DNA from: Anaerolineales bacterium UBA1429 | Lineage (GTDB): Bacteria > Chloroflexota > Anaerolineae > UBA1429 | Assembly: GCA_002329325.1 (NCBI GenBank) | Contig: DCTX01000026.1 | Coordinates: forward strand, 183,917 to 245,537 | Length of the DNA: 61,621 bases | Direction: 5' to 3' | Part shown: in pieces, positions 1 through 8,634 of the stretch | How the letters are laid out: every line of letters starts with the position of its first letter | How positions within the stretch are numbered: the stretch's first letter is position 1 | Made by a program: the position numbers and the translations under genes | The notes under the pieces: generated by a model | The model's database searches: none | What the model saw: the letters and a program-made list of their open reading frames with translations, nothing else | What the model was told of the DNA's origin: nothing

Positions 1-441
1 CTTGCGCAGCCTCCCGCCGAGCCGCAGGGGGCCGAGCGCGCCGTTCGCACGCTGCTGCATGCCTTTAGCAACGTCCTCGTGGGGATCAATTGCTACGCCG
101 AGTTGCTCACCAGCGAGATCCAGGAGGGCGATCCTTGCCATGGGGCTTTGAGCACGATCTGCCAAGAAGGCGCCGACATCTCTCGGATCGTGCGCGAGAG
201 GGCCACGCTGCAGCGCCACCTCAACGAGATCTTTCAGGCCCCGCTGGGCCAGGCCTGCATGTTGGAGCGGCAAGCGCTGGCCATCCTGGCGAGCAATCTG
301 GGCGTCTCGGTGCCATCGGATGAGGAGGGCGAGGCGGAACTGGATGCCGCCGCAATCGCCCAGACCCTGGCCGAGCTGCCGCCGGCCGAGGGATGGGTGC
401 TGCGCGAGACGCTACGGCGACTGGGCGTCTCCGTGGATTGA
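1..441 (+). CDS. Partial protein (5' end outside the window) with a histidine-kinase DHp/HisKA-like H-box but no room for an ATPase domain
   Basis: Frame 1 is open from nt 1 (LAQPPAEPQGAERAVRTLLHAFSNVLVGINCYAELL...). The H-A-F-S-N-V-L stretch resembles the H-D-F-N-N-L-L H-box. The stop at 439-441 comes only about 110 aa after the H-box. Confidence 0.5.
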   Translation, partial: LAQPPAEPQGAERAVRTLLHAFSNVLVGINCYAELLTSEIQEGDPCHGALSTICQEGADISRIVRERATLQRHLNEIFQAPLGQACMLERQALAILASNLGVSVPSDEEGEAELDAAAIAQTLAELPPAEGWVLRETLRRLGVSVD

Positions 442-484
442 GCGCTTCGCGGGGCTAGAGGGCCCCGCAGCATGGGCGGGCGCC

Positions 485-532
485 TGAAAACAAACAGGGC
501 CCCCCTTCTCGCAGGCGCAAGGGAGCCCTGTT
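485..532 (-). terminator. Putative intrinsic terminator downstream of the LysW-like gene
   Basis: Imperfect hairpin with outer arms aacagggc (493-500) and gccctgtt (525-532). On the minus strand it is followed by TGTTTTC (complement of 485-492). Confidence 0.45.
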
Positions 533-560
533 ACACCGATCCAGCGAGTACCGCTGTTAT

Positions 561-773
561 TTACAGATCGTCGTCCCAGTCCTCTTCGTCTTCCTCAAAT
601 TCCTCGTCATCCTCATACTCGTCCTCTTCCCAAGGCCAATCCAGCTCGATGGGATTCACGTTTACGACCTCGAGATCGGCCTCGCAGTTGTCGCAGTACA
701 CGATGTCCCCCAGCTTGGGGGCCCTGCGCAGGAAGATATTCTGGTCGCACCCAGGACAAGCAGCATATGGCAT
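561..773 (-). CDS. LysW/ArgW-type zinc-ribbon mini-protein (70 aa) with an extended poly-acidic C-terminal tail
   Basis: Track ORF 561..863 trimmed to the ATG at 773, preceded by AAGGAGAG. MPYAACPGCDQNIFLRRAPKLGDIVYCDNCEADLEVVNVNPIELD aligns by eye with Thermus LysW (CPECGAEL...LGELVVCEDCGAELEVVGLDPLRLE). The tail is WEEDEYEDDEEFEEDEEDWDDDL. Confidence 0.7.
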   Translation of the reverse strand: MPYAACPGCDQNIFLRRAPKLGDIVYCDNCEADLEVVNVNPIELDWPWEEDEYEDDEEFEEDEEDWDDDL

Positions 774-834
774 GGTGATCTCTCTCCTTGCTTGGGCGGC
801 CTGCATCAAGCGCGCCTCTTCTTGAGTCAACCGC

Positions 835-863
835 AGTATAGGGGCAAGTTGGGCAAATGTCAA
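835..863 (-). promoter_or_regulatory. Near-consensus sigma70-type promoter for the LysW-like gene
   Basis: The minus strand reads TTGACA (858-863), a 17-nt spacer, then TATACT (835-840). This places the track ORF's start at 863 inside the promoter. Confidence 0.6.
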
Positions 864-934
864 TGCACAATCTGTTCAAACAGCCTGCCGCACGGGTCGG
901 CCGGACCCTCTGGCCGCCGTCGCAGGCCCGCGGC

Positions 935-2269
935 TCAGGGGAGCCAGCTCGGCCAGTTCCCCGCCGCCGGCAGCAGGCGCTCATCCCCTGTCGCCAACTC
1001 CAACACCCCCAGCGCCAGGGGCCCTTCGGGCTGTTGCCAGTCGTGACGGCTGTATAGCAGCAGGCGGCCATCGGGCGACCATTGGGGCGCGCCATGATGG
1101 GTGCTGTCGTCCGCCGTCAGGGGGCGCAGCCCCTGTCCCTGGGCATCCATCAGCCAGAGCTGGCGCGGGCTGATGGCGCCGCGCATCACCGCCCGCCGCC
1201 CAAAGGCGACCCATTCGCCATCGGGCGACCAGGCCGGGTAGGCATCCTCCGTCAGAGGCGGGCCGCCGGCGGTATCGCCCGTGAGCAACGCCAGCTCGCC
1301 CGCATCCAGGTCGACCTGCAGCAGGCCCATGCCAAAGCTCTCGCCCAGCCATTGCACATAGCTCATCAACGCGACGGTGCCTCGGGGGCGCCAGGCGGCG
1401 GGAGGCGCCGCCTGGCCGGGTATCAGGTCGCCCTCCGCCGCCGCCATGTCGTAGAGCAGCATCTGCCCCGTCGAGGCGCAGAGGGCGGCCAGCCAGCGCC
1501 CGTCGGGCGACAGGCGCGGCGCGGTGGCTGCCAGCGGCTCTTGGTCCCACAGCAACGGCCGCGTCTCGCCATCCAGGGTCGCCACCCACAAGGCGATCTC
1601 TCCGGCCTCATGGCGCTCGTACACGAGCCCGGAGCCGTCGGGGAGCCAGGTCGCCTCGCGGCAGGAGGCGCCGGGGCAGCCCTGCAGCAGCCGCGGGTCG
1701 CCGCCATCCCTGGCCACGAGCCACAGATCATGGCCGCCGTCTTCGCGCTCCGCGGCGTAGGCGATGGCCTCGCCGTCGGGCGCCACGGCATAGTCGCGCA
1801 CACCCCACGGCGCCGCCGTGAGGGCCACCGGCTCTTCGCCCTGCAGCTCCAGGGCATGGATCTGCCAAAGACCCTCGGCGTCCGGCGCCAGGTACAGCAC
1901 GCGCCGCGGGGCTGTGGTAAAGCGCCAGGCCAGCCCCCAGGCGGGCAGGCGCACAGTGTAGGTCGTATCAGGCGCCAGGGCCTCGGCGGGAACAAAGGTC
2001 AGCTCGCGCCCCTCTACCCGCAGCTCGCCCTCCACGGCGGGCTCCAGCACCAGGATTGGCGCGGCCGCCTCCGCCGCGGGCGCCCGGGCCAGGGTAGCCC
2101 GCAGCGTGGCGCGGGTGGAGACGTCGCGGGCCCCATCGCGCGGCAGGCTCGCGACCAACCGCTGGCCGCGCAGGAGCAGGCCCACGGCTATACCACAGAG
2201 GGCCAGCGCCAGGGCGGCCGGCCAGATGCGGCGAAGCAGCCGCGGATGGTGGTTCAGGGTTCTAGCCAT
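935..2269 (-). CDS. TolB-like / PD40 beta-propeller repeat protein with an N-terminal membrane anchor
   Basis: 444-aa ORF with an N-terminal hydrophobic segment (IWPAALALALCGIAVGLLL). Repeated S-P-D-G-x-W/x-I/L-A motifs are present (APDGEAIAY, LPDGSGLVY, SPDGRWLAA, SPDGEWVAF, SPDGRLLLY). Confidence 0.8.
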   Translation of the reverse strand: MARTLNHHPRLLRRIWPAALALALCGIAVGLLLRGQRLVASLPRDGARDVSTRATLRATLARAPAAEAAAPILVLEPAVEGELRVEGRELTFVPAEALAPDTTYTVRLPAWGLAWRFTTAPRRVLYLAPDAEGLWQIHALELQGEEPVALTAAPWGVRDYAVAPDGEAIAYAAEREDGGHDLWLVARDGGDPRLLQGCPGASCREATWLPDGSGLVYERHEAGEIALWVATLDGETRPLLWDQEPLAATAPRLSPDGRWLAALCASTGQMLLYDMAAAEGDLIPGQAAPPAAWRPRGTVALMSYVQWLGESFGMGLLQVDLDAGELALLTGDTAGGPPLTEDAYPAWSPDGEWVAFGRRAVMRGAISPRQLWLMDAQGQGLRPLTADDSTHHGAPQWSPDGRLLLYSRHDWQQPEGPLALGVLELATGDERLLPAAGNWPSWLP

Positions 2270-2382
2270 CTTGTGCTGTGCGCCAAGGCGCAGCCTCCCC
2301 TCTTGCGTTGCGATGGCCGGATCATAGCGACACGGGGTGCTGGTGGCAATAACGCCCGCGCCGTGGCGCCCCTCCCGCCGCG

Positions 2383-3351
2383 TCAGGGCGAGCCGGGGAG
2401 GCGCCCCCGGCGCGCCAGGGGCAGGTGTACGGCATGGGGAAACGACCGACGGCCTGAGGCTGCGTACAGGCGCAGGGTCGCGCCGTCGGTGATGACGACG
2501 ATGGTCCCCTCCAGGTCGGTGCGCCAGATCTCGGCGCCGGCGTCGGTCAATCGCTCCAGCGTGGCCGCGCTGGGGTGCCCGTAGGGATTCGCCGCCCCCA
2601 CCGAGACCAGCCCTTGCTCAGGGGCCGCCGCTTCCAGGAAGGCGGCGGCCGATGAAGAGGCGCTGCCGTGGTGGGCGACCTTGAGGACCTGGGCCTGCAG
2701 CGGCAGGCCGCCGGCCAGCATCCGGGCTTCGGCGACGGCCTCGGCATCGCCCGCCAGGAGCAGGCTCACACCGCCGTAGGTGATGCGCACCACGATGGAG
2801 CGATCGTTGGGCTCGGCGGGCAGCGGGTCGGCCGGGTTCACCACCAGCGCTTGCACATCGCCCCAGGCGAGGCCCCTGCCCGCCCGCGCCGTATCGGTAA
2901 CGATGTTATGGGCGGCGATGCCCTGGTAGAGGGCCAGGCAGGTCTGGGTCGTGCAGTCCCACGAATCCGCCCAGAGGGCGCCCACGGGCACGGATTCGAT
3001 GACGTGGCGCAGGCCGCCGATGTGGTCGGCGTGGGCGTGGGTGGCGATGACGAGATCGAGCTGCTCCACGGCCTGCTGGTCGAGATAAGCCACCACGGTT
3101 GGCCCCGCCGAGATAGGGCCGCCATCCACCAGGACATGCTGGCCGTTGGGCATGTCCAGCAGGATGGCATCGCCCTGGCCGACGTCGATCAGGTGGGCCG
3201 TCAGCGTCGGCGGCGCTGTGGCCAGGCTGGCCGAGGCGAGGGTCGACGCAGCCAGGAGTGAGGCTGCCAGCAGCCAGAGCAAGATGCGCCGCGCCTGCGG
3301 GCGGACGCCCGTCCACGACGGATTCTGTTGCAGCGGATCCCTCGCGGCCAC
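2383..3351 (-). CDS. MBL-fold metallo-hydrolase (ComEC C-terminal-domain-like) with a signal/anchor sequence
   Basis: Contains the H-x-H-x-D-H motif ATHAHADHIGG, VGQGDAILL and KVAHHGS. The N-terminus is hydrophobic (ILLWLLAASLLAASTLASA). Confidence 0.85.
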   Translation of the reverse strand: MAARDPLQQNPSWTGVRPQARRILLWLLAASLLAASTLASASLATAPPTLTAHLIDVGQGDAILLDMPNGQHVLVDGGPISAGPTVVAYLDQQAVEQLDLVIATHAHADHIGGLRHVIESVPVGALWADSWDCTTQTCLALYQGIAAHNIVTDTARAGRGLAWGDVQALVVNPADPLPAEPNDRSIVVRITYGGVSLLLAGDAEAVAEARMLAGGLPLQAQVLKVAHHGSASSSAAAFLEAAAPEQGLVSVGAANPYGHPSAATLERLTDAGAEIWRTDLEGTIVVITDGATLRLYAASGRRSFPHAVHLPLARRGRLPGSP

Positions 3352-3490
3352 GGCGCCGCCTCCCCCACCCGCTATCGTTGTGGAACCCCTTACGGGACAC
3401 TATAGCGCGCGCCAGGCTGATGCACAAGGGGGAACGTGTTCTGGCAGGTGGCCTGCTCGGGCTCTGCCCGGCCGGCGGCGCACCCCCCTA

Positions 3491-3519
3491 TTGCCAAGGC
3501 GCGCGACCCGTGCTATAGT
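3491..3519 (+). promoter_or_regulatory. Putative promoter of the thrS leader
   Basis: TTGCCA (3491-3496), a 17-nt spacer, then TATAGT (3514-3519). Confidence 0.5.
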
Positions 3520-3529
3520 ATGCGCACAA

Positions 3530-3790
3530 TTGCATCCCAAGGCGACGAACAGGACGAGTACCCGCCGGATGGCGCCAGGGAATGAGAGGCACAGACTGGA
3601 ACCTCTCTCGCCCCAAGGCGGCGAAAACCACCTGTGAGCTGGCTCTGGAACGGCCCGCCCTAGTATAGAGCCCCGGCAGCCCCGTTATCGGCAACCTGAG
3701 GCCGACGCGCCCATGCGCGCCGGCGAATTGGGTGGAACCGCGTGAGCACGACCTCTCGCCCCAGGGTGAGAGGTCGTTTCTTGTTTCTGC
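3530..3790 (+). promoter_or_regulatory. T-box riboswitch leader (Thr, ACC specifier) with terminator
   Basis: The conserved T-box sequence AATTGGGTGGAACCGCG lies at 3726-3742. A candidate specifier GAAA-ACC-A has ACC at 3627-3629. The terminator hairpin is gacctctc (3750-3757) / gagaggtc (3768-3775), followed by TTTCTTGTTTC. thrS follows. Confidence 0.8.
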
Positions 3791-3888
3791 GAGGTGAAGG
3801 ATGGGCCGAGTCACTACCCCAACCCCGGGCCTAGACCCGGGGAGTGCGCGATACCGAGACACAAAGACCGTTTCAAGGAGTTGATCCT

Positions 3889-5628
3889 ATGCCAGACCCA
3901 GAGATGGATAGAATCCGACATTCGGCAGCCCATGTCATGGCCGAGGCCGTGCAAGAACTCTTTCCGGAGGCCAAGTTCGGCATTGGCCCGGCCATAGACA
4001 ACGGCTTTTACTATGACTTTGACCTGCCCCGCGCCCTCACGCCCGAGGACCTGGAGCAGATCAGCGAGCGCATGAAGGCCAGCATCCAGGCCAAGAAGCC
4101 CTTTGTGCGCGAGGTAGTCTCGCGCCAGGAGGCAATGCAGATCTTTGGAGACCAGCCCTACAAGCTGGAGCTGATCGCGGAAATGCCGCCGGACGAGGTC
4201 ATCAGCGTCTACCGGCATGGCGATTTCGTGGACCTCTGCCGTGGCCCGCATGTGGAGCACACGGGCGAGCTGCGCTGGGATTCCTTTGCCCTGCTGAGCT
4301 CCGCCGCCGCATACTGGAAGGGCGACGAGCATCGCCCCATGCTCCAGCGCATCTATGGCACCATCTGGAAGAGCAAGGACGCGCTACGAGAGTATCTGGC
4401 GTACCTCGAGGAGCTGGAGCGGCGCGACCACCGGCGCGTGGGCCGCGAGCTGGACCTGTTCAGCACCCACGAGGAGGCGGGCGCGGGCTTGATCTACTGG
4501 CACCCCAAGGGCGGGCGCATGCGCGAGATCATTGAGGATTTCTGGCGCATGCGGCACCGTGAGGGTGGCTATGAGCTGCTCTACACGCCCCACATCGGGC
4601 GCTCCTGGCTGTGGGAGACGTCGGGTCACCTGGATTTCTATCGCGAGAGCATGTATGCGCCCATGCAGATCGAGAACCAGGATTTCTACCTCAAGCCCAT
4701 GAACTGCCCGTTCCATATCCTGATCTACAACTCGGACGTGCGCTCCTATCGCGAGCTGCCCTTGCGCTGGGCCGAGCTTGGGACGGTCTATCGCTACGAG
4801 CGCAGCGGCGTGTTGCACGGGCTGATGCGGGTGCGCGGCTTTACGCAGGACGACGCCCACATCATCTGCACGCCCGAGCAGATCGAGGACGAGATCCTGG
4901 GGGTGTTGCGCTTTTCGCTGCAGCTCTGGCGCGACCTGGGCTTTGAAAACGTGACGGCCTACCTGGCCACGCGCCCTGAAAAGGCCGTGGGCGAGCCGGA
5001 GCGCTGGGCCCAGGCCACCGAGTCGTTGCGCAAGGCGTTGGAGATCGAGCAGGTGCCCTTCAAGATGGACGAGGGCGGCGGGGCGTTCTACGGCCCCAAG
5101 ATCGATCTCAAGATCAACGACGCCCTGGGGCGCGAGTGGCAGATGACCACGATCCAGTTCGACTTTAACCTGCCCGAGCGCTTCCGGATGACCTACACGG
5201 GCGCCGATGGCCAGGTGCACCAGCCCTATATGGTGCACAGGGCTCTGCTGGGCTCGCTGGAGCGCTTCTTTGGCGTGCTGATCGAGCACTATGGCGGGGC
5301 GTTCCCCGTGTGGTACGCACCCGTCCAGGTCAAGCTGATCCCCATCGCGGATCGCCACGTGGCCTATGCCGCCCAGGTGGCCGAGCAGCTCAAGGCGGCC
5401 GGGCTGAGGATCGAGATGGACGACAGCGGCAACCGCATGAACGCCAAGATCCGTGACGCCCAGCTCCAAAAGATCCCCTACATGCTCGTCATCGGCGATC
5501 GGGAGATGGAGGAGGGCTCGGTGTCGGTGCGGCTGCGCACCAACGAGAACCTGGGCGCCATGCAGGTGGAGGCCCTCATCGCGCGGGTGCAGGACCTGGT
5601 GGCCCGCCGCGCCAACTATGAGCTCTAG
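3889..5628 (+). CDS. thrS: Threonine--tRNA ligase lacking the N-terminal TGS domain
   Basis: Track ORF 3844..5628 trimmed to the ATG at 3889, which follows AAGGAG (3875-3880). The protein starts directly at the editing-domain motif RHSAAHVMAEAV. Class II motifs and the anticodon-binding domain are present (FYLKPMNCPFH, RVRGFTQDDAHIF-type, GGAFPVWYAPVQV). Confidence 0.95.
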   Translation: MPDPEMDRIRHSAAHVMAEAVQELFPEAKFGIGPAIDNGFYYDFDLPRALTPEDLEQISERMKASIQAKKPFVREVVSRQEAMQIFGDQPYKLELIAEMPPDEVISVYRHGDFVDLCRGPHVEHTGELRWDSFALLSSAAAYWKGDEHRPMLQRIYGTIWKSKDALREYLAYLEELERRDHRRVGRELDLFSTHEEAGAGLIYWHPKGGRMREIIEDFWRMRHREGGYELLYTPHIGRSWLWETSGHLDFYRESMYAPMQIENQDFYLKPMNCPFHILIYNSDVRSYRELPLRWAELGTVYRYERSGVLHGLMRVRGFTQDDAHIICTPEQIEDEILGVLRFSLQLWRDLGFENVTAYLATRPEKAVGEPERWAQATESLRKALEIEQVPFKMDEGGGAFYGPKIDLKINDALGREWQMTTIQFDFNLPERFRMTYTGADGQVHQPYMVHRALLGSLERFFGVLIEHYGGAFPVWYAPVQVKLIPIADRHVAYAAQVAEQLKAAGLRIEMDDSGNRMNAKIRDAQLQKIPYMLVIGDREMEEGSVSVRLRTNENLGAMQVEALIARVQDLVARRANYEL

Positions 5629-5635
5629 GATGCGA

Positions 5636-5677
5636 AACGGGGCATCCCACCCGATGGTGGGATGCCCCGTTCTTTCG
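5636..5677. terminator. Bidirectional intrinsic terminator between the convergent thrS and merR-family genes
   Basis: Perfect 14-bp stem cggggcatcccacc (5638-5651) / ggtgggatgccccg (5656-5669) with loop cgat. It is flanked by AAA upstream and TTCTTTC downstream. Confidence 0.7.
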
Positions 5678-5718
5678 CCATACGGCGGGGGCGAGCCCGC
5701 ATCAGCGGGCCCGCGCTT

Positions 5719-6102
5719 TTACCCCTGCACCGCCAGCTCTTTTTCCACCGGCAGGATGATCTGATCGTAGCGCTCGATCTTGACGTTCAGGCGCTCCAGG
5801 GTCCTCTGCATCTCCTGGATCCTGGCCACCAACTGATCCCGCTGCTCCGTCAGGAGCGCCAGCCGGGCCTCTACGGTCTCCTCGCCCTGCTGAAACAGCG
5901 AGACGTATTCGATCAGCGCCTCGATGGGCAGGCCAGCGCCCCGCATGCACTTGACGAACTCGACCCAGCGGCAATCCTGCTCCGTATAGTCCCGGATGCC
6001 GCTGCCGTTGCGGTGCACACGGGGGATCAGGCCGATGCGCTCATAGTAGCGCAGCGTGTCCGCCGTGAGCCCATACTTCTCACTGACCTCCGAGATCATC
6101 AT
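5719..6102 (-). CDS. MerR-family transcriptional regulator (NmlR/AdhR-like)
   Basis: N-terminal HTH ISEVSEKYGLTADTLRYYERIGLI followed by a coiled-coil. There is no C-terminal metal-binding Cys pair. A Cys sits at position 52 (FVKCMR). Confidence 0.9.
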   Translation of the reverse strand: MMISEVSEKYGLTADTLRYYERIGLIPRVHRNGSGIRDYTEQDCRWVEFVKCMRGAGLPIEALIEYVSLFQQGEETVEARLALLTEQRDQLVARIQEMQRTLERLNVKIERYDQIILPVEKELAVQG

Positions 6103-6135
6103 GGGTCCATCTCCTGTGGTGGGCGGCGCCTGTCC

Positions 6136-6768
6136 TCACCGGATAAAGTTGGTGAAGGTGATCTGCTCCTGCTCGGGGAGAGGCACGCCGGCCTGGGCGC
6201 CTGCTTCTTTGCAGCGCAGGAACCAGGCCATGTTCCTGGCCAGGATGCGCATGGTCTGCAGGCCTTCCAGGTCCTGCTTCACCTGGTCCGGGGTGGCGCC
6301 GTGCACCATGTTCCAGTAGCGTGAAGAGATCACGGGCATCTCGGAGATGGTCAGGTACTTGATCATCTGGTCAAAGGTCGCCGTGGTGCCGGCCCGGCGA
6401 GCCGAGACGATGCAGGCCGCCGGCTTGAGGTAGAAGAGACCGCGACCCCCACGAAGGTTCGTGTAAAAGGCGCGGTCCATGAACGAGGTCATGGCCCCCG
6501 TGGCCCCGGCATAGTGCACCGGCGTGCCGAACACGAACCCATCGGCGCCCTCAGCCAGGTCGAGAAACTCGTTCACCGTGTCGTCAAAGACGCAGCGTCG
6601 CTCTCTCCCGCAGTGGCCGCAGGCGGTGCATCCCGCCAGGGGCTGCGTCCCGATCTGAAAGATCTCGCTCTCGATCCCCTCGGTCTGAAGCGTTGTGGCG
6701 ATCTCGCTCAACGCCGTATACGTGCACCCCTTTGGGTGCGGGCTGCCATTCACCAATAGCACGCGCAC
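6136..6768 (-). CDS. Flavodoxin-like fold NAD(P)H-dependent FMN reductase / iron-sulfur flavoprotein family
   Basis: GTG start at 6768, 6 nt after GAGGAGG. Motifs: RVLLVNGSPHPKGCTY and a Cys cluster GCTACGHCGRERRC. Confidence 0.8.
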   Translation of the reverse strand: MRVLLVNGSPHPKGCTYTALSEIATTLQTEGIESEIFQIGTQPLAGCTACGHCGRERRCVFDDTVNEFLDLAEGADGFVFGTPVHYAGATGAMTSFMDRAFYTNLRGGRGLFYLKPAACIVSARRAGTTATFDQMIKYLTISEMPVISSRYWNMVHGATPDQVKQDLEGLQTMRILARNMAWFLRCKEAGAQAGVPLPEQEQITFTNFIR

Positions 6769-6839
6769 TTGGTACCTCCTCTATGAGCGGGCTCTGGCCG
6801 GGCAAAGCTGCGCTCCGCCCGCGCCTCATCCTGCTTACG

Positions 6840-7235
6840 CTACCTGCGATACTGCTCGTCGCTGACGTGTTCCATCCACTGGACCCGCTCGCCCTCGATG
6901 GTCTCCTGGATGGCGATGTGGGTCACGGCGGTGGTGGGCGCGGCCCCGTGCCAATGCCTGGCGTGGGGCGGGATGCGCACCACGTCGCCGGGGCGCATCT
7001 CCTCCACAGGGCCGCCCTCTTGCTGCACCCAACCGCAACCGGCGGTGACGACCAGGACCTGGCCGGCCGGGTGGGTGTGCCAGGCCGTGCGGGCGCCCGG
7101 CTCGAACGTCACCAGCGCGCCGCTGCCCCGCGCCGGGGCGACCGCATCAAACAACGGATCCACCCGCACCGTGCCGGTAAAGGTCTCCGCCGGCCCCTGG
7201 CGCGAGGGCTGTGTGCCGACTCGTCGAATCTCCAT
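6840..7235 (-). CDS. Cupin-domain protein
   Basis: 131 aa with cupin motifs [14 protein letters not shown] and [25 protein letters not shown] lies upstream of the ATG. Confidence 0.8.
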   Translation of the reverse strand: MEIRRVGTQPSRQGPAETFTGTVRVDPLFDAVAPARGSGALVTFEPGARTAWHTHPAGQVLVVTAGCGWVQQEGGPVEEMRPGDVVRIPPHARHWHGAAPTTAVTHIAIQETIEGERVQWMEHVSDEQYRR

Positions 7236-7379
7236 TGCTTCCTCCTTTTGCCGTCTCTGGTTCTTGCGACGTGTACGCTTGCGGTTCCCAGAGCGCCCCT
7301 GCCATCGGCATCCCTGCGCGGCCCCGAAAGCGGCCCCTCGCCGGTGGCGCCGGGCTCCCTGGCGATCAAGGGGCGCGGC

Positions 7380-8591
7380 TCAGGGCGTTCGCGCCGGCTG
7401 TGGGGGCGCAGGCGGCCCCATCTGCGGCATGTCGGCGATCGCCTTCGCCAACCGCTCCATGATCTCCGGGATCTCGATCCCCTGGGGGCACATCTTGGCG
7501 CACTCGCCGCAGGCGATGCAATTCGAAGGCATCTGCTCCTCCGATAGGGCGATGAGGGCAAAGTGGATGCCCGGCGAGCGCTCGAATGACATCTCGTTGT
7601 ACAGGGCGATCAGGTTGGGGATGGGGAGGTCCATGGGGCAGGCCTCCAGGCAGTACTCGCAGGCCGTGCAAGGCACCAGGTCCACCAGGGATGCCACCAC
7701 CCGCTCCAGCAGCCCGTTCTCCTCCTCCGAAAGAGACGTCGGATCGGAGAAGGTGCGGACGTTCTCCTTCGCCTGGTCCAGGGTGCTCATGCCGCTGAGC
7801 ACCACCTGCACGCCGGGCAGCGACTTGACAAAGCGAAAGGCCCACGAGGCGATCGAGTCGTCCGGTCGCGCCTCTTTTAGCATCGCGCTGACCTCGTCGT
7901 TGAGCGTGGCCAGCCTGCCGCCGCGGCACGGCTCCATCACCATCACCGGTATGCCGCGCTCCACCAGGATCTCGTACTTGCGCTTGGCGTTCTGCAGCGT
8001 CCAGTCTAGATAGTTGAGCTGGATCTGGACGAAATCAAAGCTGCCCTCCCAATCGAGAAAGCGTTCGATGGTCTCCGGGCGCGCATGGGTAGAGAAGCCC
8101 AGATAGCGGATTCGGCCCGCCTCCCTCTGTTCCAGCAGGTAGCGAACGATGCCGATCTGCTCGTCCATGTAGGTGTCGATCGAGGCTTCGCACATGTTGT
8201 GCAGCAGGTAAAAGTCGAAATAGTCCACGCCGCAACGGGACAACTGGTCCTCAAAGATGGCCTGAGGCGAATCCAGTGTGAGGCCGGTCAGATACCCCGC
8301 GAACTCGATCTTGCCATCCTTGACGTGCATCATGTGGCCCGGGAACTTGGTCGCCAGGTACCACGAATCGCGCGGATACTGGCTCAGCACCTTGCCCACA
8401 AACGGCTCCGATTCGCCATTGTGGTACCGGTAGCCGGTATCAAAGTAGTTGACGCCCTGTGCATACAGGTACTCGATGATCTCCCGCGCCCTGGCCTCGT
8501 CGATGGGGCCGCGCTCGACCGTCGTGGGCAGACGCATGTTGCCCATGCCCAGCAAGGAGATACTCAAGTCATGGAATGTTCGATAGATCAT
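7380..8591 (-). CDS. Aldo/keto reductase fused to a C-terminal 4Fe-4S ferredoxin-type domain
   Basis: AKR motifs (GVNYFDTGYRYHNGESE, RYLGFSTH). C-terminal Cys clusters CTACEYCLEACP and CIACGECAKMCP. Confidence 0.85.
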   Translation of the reverse strand: MIYRTFHDLSISLLGMGNMRLPTTVERGPIDEARAREIIEYLYAQGVNYFDTGYRYHNGESEPFVGKVLSQYPRDSWYLATKFPGHMMHVKDGKIEFAGYLTGLTLDSPQAIFEDQLSRCGVDYFDFYLLHNMCEASIDTYMDEQIGIVRYLLEQREAGRIRYLGFSTHARPETIERFLDWEGSFDFVQIQLNYLDWTLQNAKRKYEILVERGIPVMVMEPCRGGRLATLNDEVSAMLKEARPDDSIASWAFRFVKSLPGVQVVLSGMSTLDQAKENVRTFSDPTSLSEEENGLLERVVASLVDLVPCTACEYCLEACPMDLPIPNLIALYNEMSFERSPGIHFALIALSEEQMPSNCIACGECAKMCPQGIEIPEIMERLAKAIADMPQMGPPAPPQPARTP

Positions 8592-8634
8592 CTCACGGGT
8601 CCCTTCTTTGAACGCACACGCACAACGGACTTTC

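Noticed and set aside
472-825. 117-aa ORF with a long poly-Ser run (SSSQSSSSSSNSSSSSYSSSSQGQSSS).
   Set aside because: It is the antisense reading of the GAA/GAC/GAG-rich acidic tail of the LysW-like gene on the other strand, and it has no RBS.
1082-2584. 500-aa plus-strand ORF overlapping the TolB-like and MBL genes. Many similar long ORFs exist: 11028..13961 +, 15248..16495 -, 17088..18803 -, 29091..31025 +, 34078..35016 -, 42774..44111 -, 53635..55128 +, 56196..57638 -, 57654..58841 -, 58963..60006 -, 60088..61119 +.
   Set aside because: They are Arg/Gly/Pro/Ala/His-rich low-complexity translations lying antisense to ORFs with clear family motifs and good RBSs. These are the shadow ORFs expected in DNA of about two-thirds GC, where stop codons are rare.
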